Source: Antedon mediterranea
Lineage: Eukaryota; Animalia; Echinodermata
Length of the DNA: 64,000 nucleotides
Assembly: GCF_964355755.1 (NCBI RefSeq)
Contig: NC_092671.1
Span: 34,854,304-34,918,303, forward strand
Direction of reading: 5' to 3'
Shown: positions 34,740-46,091 of the stretch, one piece after another
Position numbering within the stretch: the first letter of the stretch is position 1
How the letters are laid out: each line of letters opens with the position of its first letter
Notes under the pieces: generated by a model
Databases searched by the model: none
Seen by the model: only the letters and a program-made list of their open reading frames with translations
Told to the model about the DNA's origin: nothing
Made by a program: the position numbers and the translations under genes

Positions 34740-36148
34740 GACTGCAGGTTTGATTAATATTGAATGTAAATTTATAAATTCACTTCCTTAAAACGAGGTT
34801 GTAAACTAAACAAACAAAATGATACATTTCACAACCAATAGTTGCACTTTTTATTTTATAAACAAATAGTCCTTTCCTTCAATAAATGTATATAAAATGT
34901 TGGACATAAATTAAAACAAATGTATAACCAATTTAGTGTTAAGCATTGTCTTGGAATGTTAAAATATCATAAGGACGGATTTATTCTTTTATCACACACA
35001 CCTTAATACCTATAATTATTAAATTATTGTATATACTGTACATATACAAATGATAATCAACTGGAATTTCCTAAAAAAAAGCATAAATAAAAGTGAATAA
35101 TTTCATCCAACCATTTCTTCCAACAAGGTCTGTATACATTTTTAAATGTTTAAATTTAGTTTTAGCATGACCAAAGAAAAGTTGATCAATGGCTAGTTGC
35201 CATCCCTCAAATATGTTATATGAACATGTCAACCAGTACTATAATGATGTATTTAAAGCATGTGCTACTACTGCCTGTAAATCAGTCAATGGGTTAAAGG
35301 TGAAAGGCCAATGTACAACAATGAATACTATAGGCTAATGTGTACATGAATGTTGACCTCTGTCCTTTTTTTAAACTTACATTGAATGTAAATGTTCTGT
35401 TGGGTTTTCTTTCTAAAATCTTCAAGATTGAACAACTGAAATTGTTATCATGGAAGAAGTATAAAAAACAAAACGTCGGTCTTATCACTAAAGTTATGAA
35501 CATATTTCGGAAAGACACATTTAATGGACGAATTTTTCACTTATTGCACAGATTATTTGTTTTAACCTGAAAGTTTAACATGAATGCTTTCTTAAAAAAC
35601 ACATTTAGATATAAATAGGTTTAGATAATCCAAGTCATCAAGGTATGCATATTAAGCTGCTGCTGTATTTATTTACATATTGAATATTTTATTCAAATTG
35701 TCAAAGACACACTGCCTCTTTTGGAAATGATGTAATAGGTAAAAGTTAATCAATATATGCTAACAAATGTAAGTAACTGGAAGGGCTATGCTACACCACC
35801 TCACACAGAATGGTATGATGAAACACACTGTTTATAGTTTAATACAGTTCTATGAATTATAATGGCTGAAAAAACTAATTCATGTTCTATGTCAATTGTG
35901 GGTGGAGCCTATATAATTCCAACCAACCTAATCATTTCCCTCATGCCAGGAAACAGGACAGTAGGATGATAGTCATAGTCAGAGTATGAATGTAAAATAC
36001 CATTTTTCATTTGTTGTCAATAAATTATTACAACAACTATAATTCCTGTTCAATTAAATTTGTAGCTGGAGCCAAATTCTGACCAACCAATCATGTTCAT
36101 AAATCCACTATTGCAAGTGTTTAATGCACACTTTTTCCTCCTTTTCTT

Positions 36149-36277
36149 TTATGACTTTAGTGTATGGTTTATCATGATATTTGCAAGGGCGTTGCGACGG
36201 CATCTCCAAAATCCAAGAGGAATGCTGTAATGTTTCACCAGCATCAACCAGCTATCACACTCTTCAGAATTTTCACA
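36149..36277 (-). CDS. RhoGEF last exon (CENSEECDSW...RRNALANIMINHTLKS*)
   Basis: tttag| acceptor; TAA stop. Confidence 0.87.
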   Translation of the reverse strand, partial: CENSEECDSWLMLVKHYSIPLGFWRCRRNALANIMINHTLKS

Positions 36278-36370
36278 CTAAAAAGGATTAAAATAAATAC
36301 AGGTCATATAAAGTACGGGACATTTTCAGTACTCTAAAAACATGATTTAATTTATAGTACATAATTTTAC

Positions 36371-36463
36371 CTTTAAGTCAATGGTGTCGCCCTCCATTTC
36401 TGTAATGGTAAATTCATCTGATGTGTCGGAGCTTACAATACATTTTTCTAGTTGAAGTGGATC
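36371..36463 (-). CDS. RhoGEF exon, PH region (DPLQLEKCIV...IDLK)
   Basis: GT-AG, phase 0. Confidence 0.87.
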
Positions 36464-36728
36464 CTGTAAAAACATGAAATAATATAAATTGTTAGAATCA
36501 TTTCTTATTAGTTTAATTAGTATGCTTACAAAGAGATGTGAACCATACTTTTAGAACTTTCTAAATGGGTATACTAAGAAAGCCTTTGGGAACTAATTTC
36601 ATATGTTTACTTCACTTTTGCTTTGTGAAAATATAACCTTCATCTTTCACCTCATGATGAATTATTTGGCCCATTGCATAAAACATTCATTATTTGTATA
36701 TTATAGTTTGGCTAACTACTGTATTTAC

Positions 36729-36860
36729 CCTAACAACAGCACATTTTCCAGCAGCTTTTTCTTTTATCAGAACCAATGCAGCTTTCTGACCTCCATCGGC
36801 GTGAGGAAACAGCATACCATTCTTGGGAAGGTTTGCTTCAATTTCAGACAAACGATCAAC
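36729..36860 (-). CDS. RhoGEF exon, PH region (VDRLSE...AALVLIKEK...VVR)
   Basis: GT-AG, phase 0. Confidence 0.87.
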
Positions 36861-36949
36861 CTAAAAGAAAAGATTATATTCTAAAATGACCTTTTCATTT
36901 TGGAATAAAGAATGAATAAATAAAGCATGTGTATCTAGAAAAAAACAAT

Positions 36950-37292
36950 TTTTATTTTATTCAATCGAAACCAACAGCGATAATTACCGCCACTAACAGG
37001 TTTGATACAAACAAAGCCAGGACTGTTTAAAGCACCTTGATTGGTCCTGACATTGATCAAGGGCTTCTCTCGTCCAGTGCCCACCCTGACCAGAGGTCTG
37101 AGGCAGATACTAGATGCAGGGGCTGCCATAAGAGTCAGCAGTACTGATTTCAAATGCCTAACGGGACCCCGGCTCCGTATACAGCACCCGCTATTCCCAG
37201 ATGGTCTCCCATCCAAGCTCTAACCAGGCCCAACATTGCTTAACTTCGGTGATCTGACGAGAACCGGTGTTTCAACGTGGTAAAGCCGTAGA
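36950..37292 (-). mobile_element. 5S rRNA-derived SINE (SINE3-type): 5S head 37177-37292 plus ~225-bp unrelated body and A-rich tail
   Basis: - strand ctacggctttaccacgttgaaacaccggttctcgtcagatcaccgaagttaagc...ggatgggagacc..ctgggaatagcgggtgctgta is a diverged 5S. No oligo-T terminator follows it; the body ends in aataaaataaaa. Confidence 0.75.
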
Positions 37293-38225
37293 ATTGAAGG
37301 AAGAATAAAGAAAGAATGGAGGAGAAGCAGCCTGATGCATATAAGGAAAAAAATACAATTGAGCCTGGTGCATACAAGAAATGGTGATTGAAGATGGATG
37401 CTTCCAACATTGACAATACAGGCAATGGACTGTCATATAGATGATGATTATGATGATACTATGTCAGTGACAATGGAAACATTAAGACTATCTTAAAGGT
37501 TGGGTTCACACTCGATCACTGATGATTAACTGTGATCTTATTGTCTCGGCAAATACAAGACATCGATAATTACAGTGAAATTATGTTTTTTATACTCTGA
37601 TGTAATTAGATAGTCCATGAAATTCCGTGAAAAAATTGCAAGATGAGTCTCACCAACTTCTCCAGAGTGGTGAAAAGCATATTATGCCTGATCAATGTTT
37701 CTTGTGAATTTTCAATCAATCATAATATTTTTTTAGTCATAATAATGATAACCATAACGTGAAATTTCACTCTTCCCTGGTAAACTATCATAATGATAAT
37801 TCTTTATTTTAGATGGAAAATGGACACACTTAATAATAATGATCCTCAAGTATACAGCCACTTATCTATCCACAAGAGGGAGTTTGTGATGCAGTACACC
37901 AGGATAACCCTCTACTTATCATGAAAGATGTTCTACTGTGCAAACTAAAGCCATTACACCTAGTGAGTACAACAATTCTAACCGCTCGAACATTTAAGTT
38001 GCTTCCAATCCAAGTTCTATTGATTCTTTCTTTAATATAATCAATTAAAAAATCAAGGGATACAATACTTCTCAATTGCATAGTTTTAAATTATAATCGA
38101 TCTCCCAGTTTTTGTTCAACAAAATATTGTAAATGAATGTTTTAGTTTTATTTGAACTTGAAATCATATCTTTAATGCACTGTTGAAAAAATTACCATGT
38201 TCCAAAAAACATAAAATTACTATAC

Positions 38226-38381
38226 CTTTCCAGTGCACACCAATACAGCATAGACAGGCACATGTCTTGGGGTACTGATCATTTTTTGCCATATCTGTTC
38301 CAGTCCTGGGCCTAGCATGAGCTGTGCCATGTGGACTAGATGTACCGTTTCCAGGTTCCAACATACACTTTCAACAGCCAC
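38226..38381 (-). CDS. RhoGEF exon (VAVESVCW...VLVCTGK)
   Basis: GT-AG, phase 0. Confidence 0.85.
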
Positions 38382-38481
38382 CTATGAACAACAATTATTA
38401 AATATAAAATGTTTGTTTTTATTTTCCTTATATATTAGTCCATTCTTTTTATTCATTAATTCTTCATTTGATTATATTTAC

Positions 38482-38577
38482 TTTTCTAATTTCAGCTTTG
38501 AGGTTACTTGGTATTGAGGTAGAGAATGAACCATTGCGTTTCACAGACAACTTTGTACCAGAGGTCCCCTGACTTTG
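38482..38577 (-). CDS. RhoGEF exon (QSQGTSG...AEIRK)
   Basis: GT-AG, phase 0. Confidence 0.8.
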
Positions 38578-38839
38578 CTGGAAAATAATTATAACATAAA
38601 CGGTATTTTATTTTGATAGAATTTACAAACAAGTTTCAAAAGAATTTAACAATTTAATGCAACAAAAAAATGAAACATTATTTATCAGCATCTTTGTTTT
38701 AGTTATACTCAGATATTGGTTTTACAGAGTGTAAACCAATATACTGTAGTAACCACCAATTATTGCTGTATTACCAGTATCATATGGAAGTTCCATAATA
38801 CAGTATCATATGTGTATCACATGTGGAGCTTGTACTTAC

Positions 38840-38954
38840 CACATTAACTTCTTCTAAGAAGTCTTCTGTTCTTTTCTGAGCTTCTTGTAACCTCTCTTTA
38901 TCCTCGTGCCATCCTGGTGTCGATTTGTATATACGGTTAAGAAGCAGTGGATAT
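38840..38954 (-). CDS. RhoGEF DH exon (YPLLLNRIYKSTP...EEVNV)
   Basis: DH conserved region 3 motif. Confidence 0.92.
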
Positions 38955-39336
38955 CTATGTAAACAAAAGTTGATGAATTTAAATGTACCAATTATAATTA
39001 TCAGCATCATCATGACATCATCATCATAGTATCTTTGTCATTTTCATCACAATAATTGTCACAATTCTCATCGTTCTCATTGTTATAGCACACAGTACCA
39101 TAAATGTTGCAGACGTGGGTCCAGTTGACAGAACTGACTGAAATAACTCCATTGGTATCATGGTTTCTTACAATGTAATAATGACTCACAAACAGTAAGC
39201 TTATTTGTTGCATCATCATTGATAAAATAACAACCAAAACTAATACAGGTGCAATAAATATTTAAAAATATAATCTGATAGAGGGCGCTAGCCAAAAAGT
39301 TAATTCATATGATGATGACGATGAGCTTCAGATTAC

Positions 39337-39482
39337 CTCATACTTCTTTGTACAGGCACCATCAGGAATGACTTTAAATGTTGTCGACGAACTGCTCTGT
39401 TGTCATTTTGAGATACCTCCAAGAAAACACGCAATAATTGTTTCTCACTTTCAAGTGATTTCAAAAGGGCTGCACCGGTTGG
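39337..39482 (-). CDS. RhoGEF DH exon (PTGAALL...FLMVPVQRSM)
   Basis: PVQR motif. Confidence 0.92.
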
Positions 39483-40038
39483 CTTAACATTTTGAAATAA
39501 AATACAAATTTATTATGAATTTTATAGTATTATAAATAATATTATAATAAATAATAATATAATGGTATTATAATGTAAGAAAAACATTACTTTTATAATA
39601 GAAAGAGAAAAACACCTCATTTGCATATTAATTTATGACACCTGTTTTTCTCAACTACATACAGAACCTCTTATACAGTCATTGTTGTGTGTTGTTCTAC
39701 CTATATGGTCAGGTCAGTGGTGGTGGTGTTGGTGGTGGTGTTAGATTGTGGAATAACAGACAATTTCTGACTTACGAGGAAGGTAGGATAACACTTTAAA
39801 TTTACTTTTTCTCTTTAAAACGTAAATAATATATGGTAGTAGTACTGTATAATCATAGAGATATTATAGTTCACTATAATATCTCTATGGTATAATCTAC
39901 ACTAGAAAATAATGAGTAAAGTTGTTCCTAGGCATTCATTCCTCTGCAGGATCACACAGGTAGGTAGTAAGTTTGCCCTGTCTGTTTCATCGTCTTGGTA
40001 GGGCTAGGCCTAAGGTTTTGAAATCTAAGTCCACTTAC

Positions 40039-40125
40039 TTGATTCACACAATATGCCTCAAATGCTGGAAACAGTATACGTATATTATCCAGAAATATTT
40101 TTCCAATGCTTATGTTTATGTAGTC
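40039..40125 (-). CDS. RhoGEF DH exon (DYINISIGKIFL...EAYCVNQ)
   Basis: IGxxF and YC motifs. Confidence 0.9.
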
Positions 40126-40220
40126 CTAAAAATGGAAAATTATAACAGAAAATTAAAGATTGTTTTAATATTTAGGATTTTTTCGAAAGATAATGTGCTT
40201 AATTGCTTCTAGTTTCTTAC

Positions 40221-40298
40221 ATAATCGTCTTGATCAGCAGCATTGTCGGCGGAATCTTGCAAGCAATCTGAAAATGTTTCGCTCACTTCAATAAGCTC
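40221..40298 (-). CDS. RhoGEF DH exon (ELIEVSETF...DDY)
   Basis: GT-AG, phase 0. Confidence 0.88.
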
Positions 40299-40873
40299 CT
40301 ATAAAGACAATAAAATAGTTCAGTCACAAATGCTTCCAGTGCTTGCTTGAGTGTTCACCCTCTTCCAAAATCAAAAAGTTGATGTATATCATACAATCAA
40401 AGAATCAAGGGAGACTAAAATATGGCCATATTTTTTTCAAAATATTGTATAAAAATACTACTACAGCCATTTTCAGTGGTTCCTCTGATTTTTAGGTTGT
40501 GTTGGCATTGACTATCTTTTCTAGTTGTAAAATAACAACTCTTCGAACAATTGTAAGTGCCCTATCTTTAAATGCGTTCCCACCCAAACCCCTTCACCCT
40601 TTTCATCCTCATAACCATTTTAACTCCTCATAAAATCAAATCTATTCATAATATTTATAGATTTAATTGAAGAATGAATTTTTACTTGCGTGTACACACT
40701 GTAAGTTCCAGTATGTTCAAACTGAGCTAAGACTTTGATCAATTGTGAAAAAAAATTACTGTAACATTGGAAAATTGTTGAGGTGCAATTGGAGCATAAT
40801 GGTTTCAGTAAAGGAAAATTTAAAATTAAAAATGGAAATCATTCATGATGCGTTAAGGTAAACAAAAAATTAC

Positions 40874-41069
40874 CTGTAGATTAATGAAGACTGCCTTGAG
40901 TTGTTCTGGTGTAAGAAGACCAGCGTTTTCCATAGCAACGTAGAACTCTTTGTGCATGACCTTTATGTCTTCTAAATAATTTACCTCTGTTTGTATAAAT
41001 TCCGTAATCGCTTCTTTTCTCGTTATTCGCTTTGTATTGCATTTTTTACATAAATAATCGCTACCATGT
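40874..41069 (-). CDS. RhoGEF exon (LCKKC...RKEAITEFIQTEVNY...FINLQ), start of DH domain
   Basis: E..TE..Y DH conserved region 1 motif. Confidence 0.93.
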
Positions 41070-42338
41070 CTAAGAATAAATAGTAAGATATTAAATTAAT
41101 AACACCAATATAGTAATTGGGCAATAAATAGATCCTCTGATAGAAATCTTTCAACTCTGTGTATCTGATTTTTTTAATTTAACATTCACTTAAAACATTT
41201 TAAGTTTCGTTCACACTACAGGAACGATCCAGAATGGAATAATAGTCAGTTGGCTAAACTAATCGTAAAGCCTGATCATGTGATTCTGCTTGGCCTACTG
41301 GGATTGATTATCAAAAACAGTTAATGTCAATTTGACCTATGATTTCAAATCATGATTTTGGTGGTTCTAGAATTGCTTGGTTTTTCTGTTAGTGAGAAAT
41401 TCAAATTTATGGTATCCAGGATTGTTTGATTTTATTAAAATATTCAAACTGACCTGAACAGGAACAAAATAATATAAATGCATACTACTTCCTTGGGCCA
41501 ATGCATAACCAATTTCGTTTGTGAACATAGCTGTATTTTATTATTTTAACATGAGTATTGCAACAAAAGGTTTATTTTCATAGTTTGAATAGATATGGAT
41601 TTTTACAATACACATTTAATTAAAAATATGAGTTCATACTCGTAAAACTTCATTTTCAAGATGAAATCAATATTTTATACAGTATTTGACAAAATCATTA
41701 CTTCATTACTATGGTAACATTAAACATAAAAACGACATATTTTTCTAACTTGAATATTAATAAATTGCTTAAAGGTTTATATTTAAGAAAACTATAAACA
41801 AATGCACACCATTTGTTAAAAGCTACTGCCGATTTTACTTTTTCCAAAACAAAAAAGCACCATTTTCCATTTCATAAAACATAACAAGTATAAATGTAGC
41901 TAAAGAGAGTAACCCAGCAGTAAGGCAGAGGCACTTCAAACCAAAGTCATAGCACTTGCAATCTTTCCATGCGACCATAGTTCTGGTGGTAGAACAAGTG
42001 TTCTTGGACATAAAAGAGAGGTCCAGTGTAGATACACTGTATGAATTGTACTGTATGCACTCAAGGAAAGAACCCAAAGTATTTCCATGAATTTACGTAA
42101 CCCAGTTCCCTGGTTCAATTTCAGCCGCTGGTGATGTTACAGCAGTTATTGAGCCTGCTTTGTATATAAGGCTCACCTGTATCCAATCCCAGTAAGCTTC
42201 ATTTGAGCTGCAATAGGGATTATTATACACCAAGAACGAAGTGGACATTCTTGACACATCACCACAAATAAAAATATATACATATATCTCATAACTATAT
42301 TATACTAAACTTATCACACTATGTATAGCTTCATGTAA

Positions 42339-42480
42339 AGCTCTGTCTACACTATCAAACTAGTTTGATAAGAAAAAGTGATGTGCCCAAATATACGGTA
42401 GTGATGTGACATCATCATGTGCATATATATGGGCACATCACATTTATTGTAAAATAAAGTTTGATATTGTAGACAGATCT
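42339..42480. mobile_element. Harbinger-like MITE copy
   Basis: Same family as 14138-14260. Confidence 0.72.
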
Positions 42481-42493
42481 TAACACAACTTAC

Positions 42494-42633
42494 TGTATTA
42501 TTTGTTGTTTGTGCTCAAAATAATTACTGCAGTCATAGCAAGTTGTACTGGTTGTTGAATCGCAAGAGACGCGACGGCCATTTGTCTCGGAACCTACCCC
42601 ACTGTCTACTCTTTCGATATCAGTACTACCAGG
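42494..42633 (-). CDS. RhoGEF exon (PGSTDIERVDSGVGSET...CYDC...)
   Basis: GT-AG; phase matches neighbours. Confidence 0.87.
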
Positions 42634-44349
42634 CTAGAAAAACATAAATAATTCATTGTTTGCTGATACAGTATAGAAAATATATATTTTTGACTTATTC
42701 TTATATTTGATTTGATTTTGATTTGATTTATTAGCATCTCATTAAAAAGACATACACAGTTTAAGAAACAGAGATTTCAAAAATGTTAAAAATACAAAAA
42801 CAGAGATGCAGGATAGCCCATGAAAGTCTCAATGTGAGACTTATTTCCAATGGGGTCCGTAAAGTAATATTATCTTTTATTTTTGCTACAGTATATTGGA
42901 AAAGGATCAGCATTACAATTATTTATTTAGTTAGGTATCGTGTCTCATACACATAAATAGTATTCCTTTGTGATTCTGTTGCTTCATGTACTACAGTACA
43001 GTCAACTCTCCCAATACTGTACAGCTAAAAACCGGAAACTCTCCCAAAACCAAACTTTCCTAAGGTCCAAAAGGTTCTTTTTTTTAAAAATCAAATTGGG
43101 AACCATGCAGGCTTAGCCCAGCCCAAAGGGCTGTCTATTATTACTGTGAAATTATTGAGATAGTGTAACAACATTTTGATTTTCCTGTTTTGTTTTACTG
43201 TTTGAAACAAAAAGGGCATACATGCAATATGGCACACAGGCCGGTCTTTAACTTATATGCTAGTTTAATTTACTTTTCATTATGCCATACCCCTCCCCTA
43301 CAATGCTATCATTCTATCAGGAAAGGGGTGAAGTAAATTTGGCAAAATTTGTATTGTTTTTTGTATCATTTTTTATTTTTGATAATAAAAAAGATCACTC
43401 TCAAGAAAAGGTGAGATAAAGTGTGGCATTATTTTGAGAATTGAATTATTTAATTTTTGATAATTATTTACAATATTTGTTAAGAATAATTGGACTTTCA
43501 ATATATAAAAACATCTAATAGCAAAAGCAACTGCCTTAATAGTTGCTATAGCAACATAAATGCACAATTAATTATCTCTCAATTTATAGAAGCCAATTAT
43601 TTTCTGGAACTAATTTTCAAACCTTTCTTTCCACACAAACAAAATTGAGTGACATGAGGATCAATAACATACTACTATGTTAATTGTAATGACATAGAAG
43701 GTATTAAAGCACATAATAATTTATTTCCTACTATCCTTCCTACAATTTTAAATTGTGCTGATAATACTAAATCGATTTTATGTAAAGCTACAATACCATA
43801 TAATTTACATTATAATATTTACTTATTTTTTATTTAACCTTATTAAAGGGTGAACCATGCTGCCAATCATAAGGCCCCAAAATGTGTATACAACTAAATT
43901 CTTTTTGCAATGTGAGATAATATTTTTGGTTTTTTTCAGAGGATCTAAAATATATCGAAAATATTAAATTATACTTATTATTATATAATTATATTGTACT
44001 AAACAATTTTTAAGTTATCATCCTAAATTGTGTGTTTTCATTTACTGTACAGTAGTACATGTATATAACTAGAATATTCCTATTGATTTTCAGTAAAATC
44101 AATATCAAATATTATTGGTGATGTCACAAATCTTCATCTTCAATATGGGCCAAAATAATAAATAACACGTCATTTGGTGTTGATATTTTTATTTTGCCAA
44201 GTATTTCTCTCAGTTTCTAAGCACAGAATTTAATTTATTTGAAATGTTACAAAATTTATAAAATATGTTTTTTAGATGTCTATTCGTATGACTGTAAAAA
44301 TATATTTATAACAAGAAAGTGTGCAAATTTAATTTTTCAGAACACCTAC

Positions 44350-44457
44350 CAGCAATTTATCTGGTTCTTCTATATCATGAGCGCCCCCAACGCCACTGTC
44401 TGTACTCAGTGTACTTGCTCGGTGTCGAATCTTTCTACCTCTTCTTTTCACATCACC
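44350..44457 (-). CDS. RhoGEF exon (GDVKRRG...STDSGVGG...DKLL)
   Basis: GT-AG, phase 0. Confidence 0.82.
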
Positions 44458-44799
44458 CTGAAATGAGCAAATCTTTTTTTCAATATTAATTTCAAATCAA
44501 ATATTCTTCATTCAAAGACACATCAAAATTCAATATAAAAATTAAAATAGGCAATTAATAAGATGCAAGGAAACACATAAAACATAAGCTTTTACTGTAG
44601 GTTTCATAACAAGACAATTGTATTGTCTTCCCATTTAATTCAATAGACAAAAATACACCCTTCTCAACATAAAAACCAAACCACATAATAATGATATATT
44701 CCATACAAGTCGAGGTGGCCGAAAACGACACCTGATCCTGCCAATTATCTGATTTGCGAACGTTTATTGATATTGTTCCTACAATTATGTTAAACTCAC

Positions 44800-44915
44800 T
44801 TGCTGAAATGTAGATTCATTTAAAGCCTCAAAGCTTGATGTAACATGCAAACTCGGGGTGACTCGACCGCTGCTCGGTAAGCTTTCTTCTGATACATCTG
44901 AGCGAGGTGATTTTC
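44800..44915 (-). CDS. RhoGEF exon (KSPRSDV...TFQQ)
   Basis: GT-AG; phase consistent. Confidence 0.8.
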
Positions 44916-45928
44916 CTGAATTACAATAATGAAAAAATCATCAGTAGTAGAGGGCTCAACAAATATTTAATTAAATTTATAAAACTAATAGTTCAATCAT
45001 AATAATGATATACTGTATATTATTTATTTATGTATTATTCAAGCCAATGTGTTTTGGCTTTAAAATAAATTTAGATTTTTATTATAGGCTGTCCGAACAA
45101 ATACTGTATTCAATTGTTGTAGTCTCATAATAATGAGGCTTAGTTGAGGGACTGTTTTTTTCTTTGGGTGAGAAAAAAATCCTGAAACACTAACAGGATT
45201 TGAACCAAAGACCCTGGGATTGGTACGCAAGTCACAGTGCCACTACCAATGACGTAATGACAACAAGTCATTTAGTTTATTTGACCTCAATTAAGCTTAA
45301 TGACCTTGTTATGATTAAAGTTGATGGCATCAGAGATAATTATCAAAAGCGTTTGAAAAATCAATACAGCCAATGGTGTATGAATATCAATTAAATGGGA
45401 TGACCACAGAAAGTAATGAGAACAAGTTTATTGATGGGAACAAGTGGGAACAAGCATAAATTTAATATCCAAGGAAAATCCAATATTTTTGAGGGAGGAC
45501 TAACCTAATTAAAACATTATCAAAAATTAGTTGTAATTTTATTTGGGGGAACGCTCACCCAAATCGCAATCCCCTGGGTTCCCCCTCTGAATATTTATTT
45601 TTTTGAATTGTATATTGAATCCAAAACTAAATTCGATTATATAGCCAATCTCTCCCTGTAGTTTATTTATATCCAAATTGCAGACTACCTACTTTCCCTT
45701 CCCTTTATTTCTGGCAATTTTTTTTGTATTGCTTTGTGACGCACACTCAATTTGTGAAATTGTTAACATCCTCAAATGCATTCCATGAGCAATTGGCTGC
45801 TTTGGTATGTTCATGGGAGTGACTTATACTGTAAAAGGTATGTTGAAATACAAGAAAATTAAGGTAATTGTCATACATCAAATGCAAACAAATTATGGCA
45901 AACATATAAAAAAATGTATGTGTCTTAC

Positions 45929-46091
45929 CGTGAGAACTATTTCTTCTAACTTCCCTGTCACTTGCATGTCTTGTTGGCGGCTGAGTTTCCTCTTGCGTAC
46001 TATCGTCAATGGATCGTCTCTGCCTCTGTTTCTTCTTCTTCACATCAGCTGCTTTGGAGTCGGAGCATGAACGTGCCAAGCCAGCCTCTTG
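45929..46091 (-). CDS. RhoGEF exon (QEAGLARSCSDSK...NSSH)
   Basis: GT-AG; phase consistent. Confidence 0.8.

Noticed and set aside
37177-37292. Functional 5S rRNA gene
   Set aside because: Several substitutions against the 5S consensus, single copy, no oligo-T terminator; better explained as a SINE head.
41835-42077. 80-aa ORF with a hydrophobic C-terminal segment inside a RhoGEF intron
   Set aside because: No recognisable family and no similarity to the receptor TM; consistent with chance.
42177-42207. 31-nt candidate cassette exon of the RhoGEF (ttgcag|...CAG|gtgagc on the - strand)
   Set aside because: It would shift the frame before the DH domain, and the flanking exons already join in frame. 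It could only be a poison exon, for which there is no evidence.
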